Shown piece by piece: positions 40,106-49,195 of a stretch of DNA of 64,000 nucleotides. The position numbers and the translations under genes were made by a program. How positions within the stretch are numbered: position 1 is the first letter of the stretch; each line of letters opens with the position of its first letter. The notes under the pieces were generated by a model. The model saw only the letters and a list, made by a program, of their open reading frames with translations, did not search any database and had not been told where the DNA came from. Source of the DNA: Trueperaceae bacterium (lineage in GTDB: Bacteria; Deinococcota; Deinococci; Deinococcales; Trueperaceae); NCBI GenBank assembly GCA_965215565.1, contig CBDCDZ010000004.1, positions 2,752,001-2,816,000 on the forward strand, given 5' to 3'.

Positions 40106-41950
40106 TCACTCGAGTAGATCGGCGAGGTATACGAGCGCCGCCGAACTCCAGGCCTGTGGGCGGCAGGCGGTCGGGTAGGGGATGGGCGGCGCGTCGGTGC
40201 GCGCGTAGCCTGCAACCAGTTCGGGCGGGCGCAAGTCGGGTTGGCTTGTGCTCAGGTCGAACATTGCTCTGGCAATTCTGAGCGCGTCCGCTTGGAAGCC
40301 GTAACGTCGCAGACCGCCCGCTACGAGCGCGGTGTCGTGCGGCCAGACCGAGCCGTTGTGGTAGGAAACAGGGTTATAGCGTCCTGCGCTTTTACCAAGG
40401 GTGCGCACGCCCCAACCCGTCCAGGTCTCTGGACCCATCAGGCTCTTAATGAGTGCGGGCGCAGTCTCTTCGGGTACGATGCCCGTCCAGAGCAGATGTC
40501 CCGCTCCCGAACTGTGAACCTCGAGGGGGCGCTTCTCGCTGTCCAAGGCCATCGCGTAGGTCTGCAAGTCCTCGAGCCAAAACGCTTCGTGGAAACGCCT
40601 CTTGAGTCTGCTCGCCCGCTCTTGCCAAGTTTGAGCTTGTTTGGTCTCTCCGAGATCGCGGTAAAAGCCCGCCGCCGCCCGATACGCTGCGTAGGCGTAA
40701 CCCTGCACCTCGCACACCGCTAGCTTGCCCCAAGCCAGCGTTCCATCCGCGTGACTCACCGAATCCTCCGAGTCCTTCCAGGACTGAAAGAACAACCCCT
40801 GGTCTCGGCTAGCGCCGGTAAACTCCAAGAAGCCGTCGCCGTCCGCGTCCCCATAGTTGGTTAGCCAAGTAAGCGCAGCTTCCCAGCAGGGACGCAGTTC
40901 TCGTACAAAATCGAGGTCTTTATTCGTTTCATAAAGCTTGCCTAGCACCATAACGAAGAGCGGCGTGGCGTCCACAGTGCCGTAGTAAGGTCCGAAAGGG
41001 ACCTCGCCCGTACGTGTCAGCTCACCCGCGCGCAGTTCGTGCATAATTTTGCCGGGTTGCGCAACGCGGAAGTCGTCTGTTTCCGTAGCCTGATGACGCG
41101 CTAAGTAGCGCAACGTACCCTCAGCCACTTCTGGTGCGCGGGGCAGCAGCATATGCGCAGTTAGAAGTGAGTCGCGCCCGAAAGCGGCTGCGAACCAAGG
41201 GATGCCCGCAGCGGGGATGGTGCCCGCCTCGTTGAAGAGAAGGAGCGCGCGCAAGTCGTTGACCGCGCGCGCTAGCACGCCAGCGTCCGGTGGGTGAGTC
41301 ATCTCTAGGTCAGCGAACTGCTCACGCCAAGCGTCGTAACTTACCGGGTTCATTGCGCCGGTCTCCAGCGGGTTATTAGTGTGAATGTTGACCTCTAGTG
41401 ATCGCTCGCTTTTAGGAGGTAGCTCGAGCCTAAAGACCAGCGCCTCTCCCTCCACCTCGAAAGGCTCGGAGAAGCTGACCTCCACCGCTAGCTCTAGGTC
41501 GTCGGCGGTAGTGTAGGTGAAGCGCACGCGCCCATCTTCAACGTGCTTAGCGGCTGAGCGTGACCGCTTCGGCCAGCCACGCACCTCGAATAAGTCGGCG
41601 AAGTCGTTGTCTAAGGACAGCTCGAGCCTGAGCACCTTTGCGTCAAGTAGGGGATTCTCGAGGGTCAGACGGTCGCTCAGCCAACCATCTCCGATAGCGA
41701 GCTGGCGCTTCACGGCGGCAACCTGGCGGTGGTGGTCAAGCTCTGCGTGGTGCAGCTCGAGCGTGTCTGGGCGTGGGCTATGAACTGAAAGCGTCTGTGT
41801 CTGGCCTGGAAGACGCCATTCGTAGTGACTCAAAAAGCGCGTGTCGCGGTTGTAGAGCCCATGTTCGCCTCCCGCGACGCGCCCTCCAGCGTCACCCACG
41901 AAAAAGGTGTAGTTCTCACTTAAGACTGTGTTTTCGATAACGTTTTTCAC
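40106..41950 (-). CDS. Amylo-alpha-1,6-glucosidase / glycogen debranching family protein
   Basis: DTRFLS, AGIPWF...FGRD, PGKIMHE, WKDS, YHNGSVWPHD and PQAW motifs. Confidence 0.9.
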   Translation of the reverse strand: MKNVIENTVLSENYTFFVGDAGGRVAGGEHGLYNRDTRFLSHYEWRLPGQTQTLSVHSPRPDTLELHHAELDHHRQVAAVKRQLAIGDGWLSDRLTLENPLLDAKVLRLELSLDNDFADLFEVRGWPKRSRSAAKHVEDGRVRFTYTTADDLELAVEVSFSEPFEVEGEALVFRLELPPKSERSLEVNIHTNNPLETGAMNPVSYDAWREQFADLEMTHPPDAGVLARAVNDLRALLLFNEAGTIPAAGIPWFAAAFGRDSLLTAHMLLPRAPEVAEGTLRYLARHQATETDDFRVAQPGKIMHELRAGELTRTGEVPFGPYYGTVDATPLFVMVLGKLYETNKDLDFVRELRPCWEAALTWLTNYGDADGDGFLEFTGASRDQGLFFQSWKDSEDSVSHADGTLAWGKLAVCEVQGYAYAAYRAAAGFYRDLGETKQAQTWQERASRLKRRFHEAFWLEDLQTYAMALDSEKRPLEVHSSGAGHLLWTGIVPEETAPALIKSLMGPETWTGWGVRTLGKSAGRYNPVSYHNGSVWPHDTALVAGGLRRYGFQADALRIARAMFDLSTSQPDLRPPELVAGYARTDAPPIPYPTACRPQAWSSAALVYLADLLE

Positions 41951-42192
41951 GGTTGATTCTAACCTCCTAAGCGCCGCTCGCTTGGGTTTCTGCTCTTCGG
42001 GTTTGACTCGAGCCCTGACAGCAGATATGAGTACGAAGAGAGAAATCTCGCCTAGTCTTACTCACTTCCCTACTAAACTAAACCCTACTGTGATAGAAGG
42101 TCTTTTAAGTCACTAAGCCTGTATCACGCAAGTCTCATCACCGAAAGTGCGTGCTAAACTATGTCTTCTCTCTTCAGATTGGCCCAAACTAG

Positions 42193-43311
42193 ATGAAAGT
42201 GCCCCGCGAAGCGGGTATACCTGCTATAAAAGGCGAACTGACTAAAGGTTCTGTCATGGATGTCTGCCAGCTTATCGCGACGGGGCAGAAGTCCGGCATC
42301 TTAACAGTTAAACAGCCTTACGCTAGAGCGAGGGTGCATTTCGAGATGGGGCGCGTGCAGTTTGCCCACCTCGTCCCCGGCGTGCACTTGGGTGAAGTCT
42401 TAGTGCGCATGAACCTCTTAACGGTGCAAGAGGTTCAGCGTGCGGCGCGGTGCGAAGGTTACGAGGGCGATATTAATAGCAGTAGCTTAGGGCTCAACGC
42501 CTTGCGGCTGAGACTTTTAGACGACGCCGAACTGCAACGCGCCCTAGCAGCGCAGATGATCGAGGTCTTCATCGAACTCATCACCTGGAAGTCGTGCACC
42601 TTCTCCTTCGAGGAGCGCTCACTCTTAGCCTCGCAGGTGCTGACCACCGACTCCACCGACATTATGCAGCTCTTTATGGAGATCACCGGGCGACTCGGCG
42701 ACTGGACTACGGAGCGCGTGAGCGAGAAAGCTGTTTTTGATAAGGCGAGCGATCCGACGAAGCTGGGGCTCTCCGAGTGGGATTGGGAGGTGCTCGGTTA
42801 TGTGGACGGTTCTCGGAGCGCGGCGAGCATTGCCGCCGAGGTGGAGCTACCCGAGCGGCAGGTGTACCATCTGCTCTATAAGTTGGAAAAAGCTGGCGCG
42901 GTCCGTCCCGACGAAGCCGAGGCGCAGCCGCCCTCTGTACTGCTCTTTTCAGCGGACAACCTCACGGGGCGCTTGATGCGCTTAGCGTTGCGCCGCGTCG
43001 CGCTCAAAACCTATTTTGTTCAGTCGACGAGCCCTGAGCGTGGTCTCGTAGCGGTGCAAGAGCGCCGCCCTAAAGCGCTCGTTCTGTATGACGGGGGCGA
43101 CGCCAAGGGTGGGGCGGCGAGTGCGTGGCCGCTCGTGCGTGCGCTCCGTCAGCACCCTGGCCTAAAGCATCTACCCGCTGTGGTGCTGAGCGGCGATGAC
43201 AACGGATTCATGCAGCGTCTACGCCGCCCTAAAGCGACGGTATTAGAGAATCCTTTTACCGAACTCGAGCTGCAACAAACCGTTATGCGTCTGCTCGGAC
43301 GTTCACTATAG
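42193..43311 (+). CDS. DUF4388 (PatA-N-like) domain protein with wHTH and receiver-like C-terminus
   Basis: KGEL....V.D..QLI....KSG.L, LGEVLV, W....F.F motifs. Confidence 0.8.
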   Translation: MKVPREAGIPAIKGELTKGSVMDVCQLIATGQKSGILTVKQPYARARVHFEMGRVQFAHLVPGVHLGEVLVRMNLLTVQEVQRAARCEGYEGDINSSSLGLNALRLRLLDDAELQRALAAQMIEVFIELITWKSCTFSFEERSLLASQVLTTDSTDIMQLFMEITGRLGDWTTERVSEKAVFDKASDPTKLGLSEWDWEVLGYVDGSRSAASIAAEVELPERQVYHLLYKLEKAGAVRPDEAEAQPPSVLLFSADNLTGRLMRLALRRVALKTYFVQSTSPERGLVAVQERRPKALVLYDGGDAKGGAASAWPLVRALRQHPGLKHLPAVVLSGDDNGFMQRLRRPKATVLENPFTELELQQTVMRLLGRSL

Positions 43312-43317
43312 CTTTGG

Positions 43318-43494
43318 TAGCAGGTTACTTCGTATAGCTTCGCTCAATCATCTGGTTTGAGTGAACGAAGTTATGCGAAGCAACACGCTCACTGTAGGAA
43401 ACGCCGCTCAGCACGTACGTTCAGAGATGAAATTCTGTTACAGCGAAGCTGTGAAATCTGCGTTCATTTGTCTCAGTATGTTGTGGAACTGCTC
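43318..43494 (+). repeat. MITE-like dispersed repeat, copy 8 (three insertions)
   Basis: TAGCAGGT[21]ATCATCTGGTTTGAG[21]ACACGCTCAC...GAGATGA[ins]ATCTGCG...TGGAACTGCT. Confidence 0.9.
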
Positions 43495-44069
43495 TGGGAT
43501 GGACCCCAAGCCGCTTTTATACCAATTCAGCCAGAGAATGTCGCAGTCTGGCACTCGAGAAGCGGACTGGTGTCAGCAGTGCAATACTTCACATGCTTCC
43601 GTCACCCTTTTTCGGGAAGGGGAAGGGCACTCTCCTCGAACAGCTAACTTAGTTGTCCCAACAGTAACCCAACCTGAAGTAATGAGGTGGAGCGGGGTTA
43701 GGGGCGTCGTTGCGAACCTTTAGCCAAACACTTACATATGGTGGAGAGGTGGACGCAATCTCTCCAACCTCGCAATTTTTGCCCCTCTTTAGCTTTCTCA
43801 TTCATACCTATATACCTTACAGTTCGCATGAAATTCCCTTAACCGTCACCTTTTGCAGCTTGCAAGGGCTATGAGAAAAGTGTTACGCTCATGTCATCAA
43901 ACGACGATAAGCAGGCGTGCGCCCTGCTCAAAACTCAATGACCAGCTAAGTTGAACGCTGCCAACAGCTCAGCGGTTCAACACGTCCAACGCTGTACCTG
44001 AGCACGCTTTAGTTAAGCACCGAGGGCTGTCTGCTATAGTCGCTTTGAAGTCAAAGAAAGAGGTGAACG

Positions 44070-45365
44070 ATGAAGAAAGTTTTGTTAGCCCTTCTCTCGC
44101 TAGGTCTGCTTTTCGGCACGGCCCAAGCGCAAACCATCCGCGTGGCGGGTGGCTCGGTAGGTCAAGAGCTAGAACTCAGTCGTCAGCTCGCGCAGATGTA
44201 CATGGAGCAAAACCCGGACGTCACCGTAGAGATCATTCAGACGCCGGACTCCACCGACGACCGCTTTGCGCAGTACTTGCAGATTTTCGAAGCGCAGTCG
44301 CCCGACATTGACGTGATGCAGCTCGACATCATCTGGCCCGGTCAGCTTGCAGAACACCTCGTCAACCTCTACGACTACGAGGGCGTACAAGAAATCGCCG
44401 ACCAGCACTTCCCCGCTATTGTCGAGGCGAACACGGTAAACGATCAACTCGTCGCCATTCCTTGGTTTACAGACGCGGGCATCCTCTACTACCGCACGGA
44501 CCTCTTGGAGGAGTACGGCTTCGACGGTCCGCCCCAAACCTGGACCGAGTTAGAGGAGATGTCGAATACCATTCAAGAGGGCGAGCGCCAAGATAATCCC
44601 GACTTCAGCGCCTTTGTGTGGCAGGGCAATTCGTACGAGGGCCTCACCTGCGACGCTTTAGAGTGGGTCTACTCAGTCGGTGGCGGCAGCATCATCAGCC
44701 CCGACCAGGTTATCACCATCGATAACCCCGCTGCGGCAGACATTATTAGCCGCGCCTCCGAGTGGGTCGGCACCATCTCGCCAACAGGTGTCACCGGCTT
44801 CGCCGAGGAAGACGCGCGCAACTTCTTCCAGGCTGGCAACGCCGCCTTTATGCGCAACTGGCCCTACGCTTACAGCATTATGAACGCCGACGACAGCCCC
44901 ATCGCAGGTAACTTCGACGTGGCTACTTTACCCGCAGGTGAGAACGGTCAGTCTGCCGCGACCTTAGGCGGCTGGAACTTGGGCGTTTCGCGCTACAGCA
45001 CCAATGTTGAAGCCGCTGTAGACGTCGCCAAGTTCTTCACTTCAGAAGACGCGCAAAAGCTTCGTGCGATTGAGGGTTCGTTCAACCCCACAATTCCTAC
45101 GCTCTACGAAGACCAAGAGGTCTTAGAAGCCGTACCTTTCTTCGGTAGCCTCTTAGACGTCTTCACGAACGCCGTGGCGCGTCCTTCGGCTCCTACGGGC
45201 GACCAATACAACGAAGTCTCCCGCCAGTTCTTCACCGCTGTCCACAACGTTTTAACCGGCAACGAAGAGGCGGATGTGGCGTTGGAACTCCTCGCGCTCG
45301 ACCTGCAAGACCTGACAGGGTTTGAGACGGGCGATCCGCAGACTGAAACTAGCTCAGCGCAGTAA
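44070..45365 (+). CDS. Sugar ABC transporter substrate-binding protein (trehalose/maltose-like)
   Basis: Signal peptide; DIIWPG, PWFTDAG.LYYR.DLL, YEGLTCD, FMRNWPY and LGGW motifs. Confidence 0.92.
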   Translation: MKKVLLALLSLGLLFGTAQAQTIRVAGGSVGQELELSRQLAQMYMEQNPDVTVEIIQTPDSTDDRFAQYLQIFEAQSPDIDVMQLDIIWPGQLAEHLVNLYDYEGVQEIADQHFPAIVEANTVNDQLVAIPWFTDAGILYYRTDLLEEYGFDGPPQTWTELEEMSNTIQEGERQDNPDFSAFVWQGNSYEGLTCDALEWVYSVGGGSIISPDQVITIDNPAAADIISRASEWVGTISPTGVTGFAEEDARNFFQAGNAAFMRNWPYAYSIMNADDSPIAGNFDVATLPAGENGQSAATLGGWNLGVSRYSTNVEAAVDVAKFFTSEDAQKLRAIEGSFNPTIPTLYEDQEVLEAVPFFGSLLDVFTNAVARPSAPTGDQYNEVSRQFFTAVHNVLTGNEEADVALELLALDLQDLTGFETGDPQTETSSAQ

Positions 45366-45401
45366 AGGCGTATACAGCGTGGTGAATTAAACGCTTTTGA
45401 G

Positions 45402-45433
45402 AACCGAACTGAGTGCAACGCTCAGTTCGGTTT
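45402..45433 (+). terminator. Intercistronic stem-loop after the SBP gene
   Basis: aaccgaactgag / ctcagttcggtt stem. Confidence 0.7.
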
Positions 45434-45480
45434 GTTTTTAGAGATAAGATGAGCTTTATCTAAATCAAGGAGGTATTTTC

Positions 45481-46590
45481 GTGGCTGAACAAGTAACGGT
45501 TGTAAAGCAGCCTAAGTCCAAGGACGGAACTTCGGAGTTAGCCAAGCGTGAAGAGCGCACGGCGTTCTGGCTGCTCGTCCCGACCTTTATCGTGTTGCTT
45601 TTAATCGGCATTTATCCGCTAGGTCAGGTGTTCGTCTCGAGCTTCACCAATCAGCGCTTCGCCGCGGGGGATAGCGCCCAGGGCGAGTTCGTCGGGTTTC
45701 AGAATTACAGCGATCTGCTCTCCGTGACCTTTCGCCAAGTTCCCGCTGAGACAAACGATGCGGGCGAGGTTGTAACGGATGAAGACGGCAACACGGAATT
45801 TGTCAATGAGCGTATCTATCTGCGCCGCCTTGACACCAACCGCCGCTACGACGCAGTAGGCGCGTTCAACCTCTTCGGCAACCGCTACGTGCTGGGTGCC
45901 ACGAACGCCGCCTTTATCCGCGCGACGTGGGACACGATCGTGTTCACGGTAGGCTCAGTTTTCTTCGAGACGGTACTAGGGATGATCATTGCGCTCGCGC
46001 TGTCGGTAAAGTTTATCGGACAGGGCATCATGAGAGCGGCGATGCTCGTGCCTTGGGCGGTTATTACCGTCGTTTCGGCGCGCATCTGGGAATGGATGCT
46101 CCAGTCCACGCGGGCAGGCTTTTTCAACGCCTTCTTTCAAGATATGGGTTGGACAGAGCGCAACATCGGCTTTTTCCAGGACGCCACCTGGCAAATTCCC
46201 AGCATGATCGCGATGGATGTGTGGAAAACAACGCCTTTTATGGCGCTTCTGCTCTTGGCGGGTCTCGCCACTATCCCCAAAGAACTCTACGAAGCGGCTA
46301 AAGTGGACGGCGCAAGCCCGATTCGACAGTTTTTCTCCATTACACTGCCACTTGTAGCGCCGACGCTCGCCGTTGCGCTTATCTTCCGCACGCTAGACGC
46401 CCTCCGGGTCTTCGACGCCTTCCAGGTGGTGCTCGGGCGGCAGCGCTACTCGATGGCGAGTTACGCTCAGGATGTGCTTATCAATCAGCAGCAAGTCGGG
46501 CTTTCGTCGGCGGCGAGCGTGGTGATCTTCGTTATCATCTTCGGGTTTGCCATTGCCTACACCCGCGCGTTTGGAGTTGAAGACTCATGA
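45481..46590 (+). CDS. Carbohydrate ABC transporter permease (MalF-like)
   Basis: WKTTPF..LLLLAGL and EAAKVDGA motifs. Confidence 0.95.
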   Translation: MAEQVTVVKQPKSKDGTSELAKREERTAFWLLVPTFIVLLLIGIYPLGQVFVSSFTNQRFAAGDSAQGEFVGFQNYSDLLSVTFRQVPAETNDAGEVVTDEDGNTEFVNERIYLRRLDTNRRYDAVGAFNLFGNRYVLGATNAAFIRATWDTIVFTVGSVFFETVLGMIIALALSVKFIGQGIMRAAMLVPWAVITVVSARIWEWMLQSTRAGFFNAFFQDMGWTERNIGFFQDATWQIPSMIAMDVWKTTPFMALLLLAGLATIPKELYEAAKVDGASPIRQFFSITLPLVAPTLAVALIFRTLDALRVFDAFQVVLGRQRYSMASYAQDVLINQQQVGLSSAASVVIFVIIFGFAIAYTRAFGVEDS

Positions 46591-47432
46591 GTAAGGAAAC
46601 CCGCAAAGTCATCGGTAGCATCTTTTTCTGGCTGCTCATCTTGATCATCTTCGTCTACCTGATGTTCCCCTTCTATTGGGCTACGATTTCGGCTCTAAAA
46701 CCGGAGAGCGAACTGATTCGCACCCCTACGACGTACTACCCACACAACCCGACCTTGCAAAACTTTCAGGCGGTCTTACAGAGTGGCGACTTTTTACGTG
46801 GGCTCCTCAACAGCACGATTGTCGCCTTCTCCGTTACCGTTCTAAGTCTTCTTGTCGGCTCCTTTGCGGGCTACGCTTTGGGCAAGATGCGCTTTCGCGG
46901 TAAGTCGCCCTCCTTGTACATCATCTTGGCGATGACCATGTTTCCGCAGATCGCGGTATTAGCGGGGCTTTACGCGGTGATTCGCCTCCTTTCGCTGCCA
47001 CCAATTTTCAGTATGATCTTGTCTTATATGCTCTTTACGCTGCCCTTCACGGTCTGGGTTTTGACCTCGTTCTTTAGGGGGCTACCTGACTCGCTCCTGC
47101 AAGCGGCGCAGGTCGACGGGGCGAATATGATGCAGACCTTCTGGCGCGTGCTCTTGCCGCTGACGGCTCCTGCGCTCGTCACGACGGGGCTCTTAGCCTT
47201 TATCCAGGCGTGGAACGAGTACCTCTTTGCACTGACGTTCACGGTGACGTCGCCCGAGTCACGAACGGTGCCCGTCGCCATCGCACTCTTTTCAGGGGAG
47301 GTCTCGCGTCAGGAGCCCTTCGGTGAGATCATGGCAGCGGCGGTGATCGTAACCATTCCGCTCGTCGCCTTGGTGCTCATCTTCCAGGGACGCATCGTGG
47401 ATGGGCTTACGGCGGGGGCGGTTAAAGGCTGA
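46587..47432 (+). CDS. Carbohydrate ABC transporter permease (MalG-like)
   Basis: AAQVDGA, AWNEYLFA and GLTAGAVKG motifs. Confidence 0.95.
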   Translation: MSKETRKVIGSIFFWLLILIIFVYLMFPFYWATISALKPESELIRTPTTYYPHNPTLQNFQAVLQSGDFLRGLLNSTIVAFSVTVLSLLVGSFAGYALGKMRFRGKSPSLYIILAMTMFPQIAVLAGLYAVIRLLSLPPIFSMILSYMLFTLPFTVWVLTSFFRGLPDSLLQAAQVDGANMMQTFWRVLLPLTAPALVTTGLLAFIQAWNEYLFALTFTVTSPESRTVPVAIALFSGEVSRQEPFGEIMAAAVIVTIPLVALVLIFQGRIVDGLTAGAVKG

Positions 47433-47463
47433 GCATCTGCTTGCTCGAGTCTAAACAGTTTAG

Positions 47464-47495
47464 AAAAGGAGAGGTGCGTCACCTCTCCTTTTTTT
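47464..47495 (+). terminator. Rho-independent terminator
   Basis: aaaaggagaggtg / cacctctcctttt stem with T-run. Confidence 0.85.
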
Positions 47496-47508
47496 GGTAC
47501 AAAAAGGG

Positions 47509-49140
47509 ATGTCTCATTCAACCTATCACCGCTGGTGGCAGACCGGCATCATCTACCAAATCTACCCGCGCTCCTTTCAAGACAGCAATGACGACGGCGT
47601 CGGCGACTTGAAGGGCATTCAGAAGAGGTTGGACTACCTTCAGTCTTTGGGCGTCGACGCCATCTGGCTCTCGCCCATCTATCCTTCGCCCATGTACGAT
47701 TTTGGCTACGATGTGGCGGACTACGTGGGCATCCACCCGCTTTTCGGCACGATGGAGGACTTCGACGCGCTCTTGGGCGAGGTGCATGAGCGCGGGCTCA
47801 AGCTGATCTTAGACCTGGTTCCGAACCACACCTCGACCGAACACGCTTGGTTTCAGGAGTCGCGGCAAAGTCGGGATAACGCTCGGTCCGACTGGTACAT
47901 CTGGCGCGACGCGGCTCCCGGCGGCGGACCCCCTAACAACTGGTTATCTTGCTTCGGCGGGCCCGCTTGGACCTTCGATGAGGCGAGAGGACAGTACTAC
48001 CTCCACAGCTTCGAAACCAGGCAGCCCGACCTCAACTACCACAACCCCGAGGTGGAGAGCGCCCTCTTCGAGACGATGCAGTTCTGGCTCGGTAAGGGTG
48101 TGGACGGCTTTCGGGTGGACGTCATCGAGTTCATGCTGCAAGACCCGCATCTGCGCGATGAGCCCGAAAACAAGATATGGGACGGCGTCGAGCCTTACGG
48201 TAAGCTCAACCACATCTATTCGCGCAACCAACCCGAAGTGCACACGCTCATCAAAAAAATGCGGCGCGTGGTGGACAGCTATAGCGCGCCGGGGCGGGAG
48301 CGCGTGCTGATCGGCGAGATGTTCATCTTCGACGAGACGCTGATGGCGTACTACGGTCTTGCCGACGAATGTCACCTCCCCTTCAACTTCAACTTCATCT
48401 ATAACGACTGGAGCGCGCCCACTGCGCGCCGCATTGTAGAGCGCTACGAGGCGTATCTGCCGCCCGGCGCGTGGCCCAACTACGTGCTGGGCAACCACGA
48501 TCAGCACCGCGTGGCGACGCGAATCGGGTGCGAGCAGGCGAGGGTGGCGCAAACTCTGCTGCTCACGCTGCACGGCACGCCCTTCGTCTACTACGGCGAA
48601 GAGATCGGGATGCACGACGTGGACATCCCCGCTGACAAGGTCAAAGACCCGCCCGCCGTAAATCAGCCCGAAGTGGCGCACCTCTTGGGGCGCGACCCCG
48701 AGCGCACGCCGATGCAGTGGGACGCTTCGCCGAACGCGGGCTTTACGGGCGAAGAGGTGGAGCCGTGGCTGCCGCTCGCGGATGACTTTGTGGAGAACAA
48801 CGTTCAAGCGCAGGCGGATGATGACACGTCGATGCTCTCGCTTTTTAAGAAGTTGACCCAACTTCGAAAGCGTGAACCTGCCCTTAGCATCGGCAGTTAC
48901 GAAGAGGTCGCAGTAGGTGAAGCGGACGGTGACGTGTTTGCCTACCTGCGCTCTGCAAAGGATGCCGATAGCTTTTTAGTGGTGCTGAATCTGAGCGGCA
49001 ACGCGCATACGCTCGAGCTACCCCACTTTCCCCCAAAAGCTGAGATTGCCGTCTCGAGCCACATGACCCGCGCCAAAGAGATTAATTTAAGCAACTTAGA
49101 GCTTGCCGCCCATGAAGGGTTGGTTGTGCGCCTGCGGTAG
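47509..49140 (+). CDS. GH13 alpha-glucosidase / oligo-1,6-glucosidase
   Basis: YQIYPRSF.D.N.DG.GD, DLVPNH, QPDLN, GFRVD, IGE and NHD motifs. Confidence 0.95.
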   Translation: MSHSTYHRWWQTGIIYQIYPRSFQDSNDDGVGDLKGIQKRLDYLQSLGVDAIWLSPIYPSPMYDFGYDVADYVGIHPLFGTMEDFDALLGEVHERGLKLILDLVPNHTSTEHAWFQESRQSRDNARSDWYIWRDAAPGGGPPNNWLSCFGGPAWTFDEARGQYYLHSFETRQPDLNYHNPEVESALFETMQFWLGKGVDGFRVDVIEFMLQDPHLRDEPENKIWDGVEPYGKLNHIYSRNQPEVHTLIKKMRRVVDSYSAPGRERVLIGEMFIFDETLMAYYGLADECHLPFNFNFIYNDWSAPTARRIVERYEAYLPPGAWPNYVLGNHDQHRVATRIGCEQARVAQTLLLTLHGTPFVYYGEEIGMHDVDIPADKVKDPPAVNQPEVAHLLGRDPERTPMQWDASPNAGFTGEEVEPWLPLADDFVENNVQAQADDDTSMLSLFKKLTQLRKREPALSIGSYEEVAVGEADGDVFAYLRSAKDADSFLVVLNLSGNAHTLELPHFPPKAEIAVSSHMTRAKEINLSNLELAAHEGLVVRLR

Positions 49141-49195
49141 ACGTAAAAAGGACTCGAGGATTGACTCGAGCCCTTCTCTTTTAGCGGTAAGAGAT

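Noticed and set aside
43326..43373. loxP-like strings ACTTCGTATAGC and ACGAAGTTAT
   Set aside because: Spacing does not give a 34-bp loxP. Both strings belong to the 21-nt nested inserts, and no recombinase is nearby.
43361..43723. 120-aa ORF with CxxC
   Set aside because: Begins inside repeat copy 8, with no recognisable family or good start signal.
43860..44069. Riboswitch in the long leader of the sugar ABC operon
   Set aside because: Hairpins are present, but I recognise no known aptamer consensus.
47944..48861. 305-aa antisense ORF and many similar shadow ORFs
   Set aside because: Antisense to well-supported genes; expected in GC-rich DNA.
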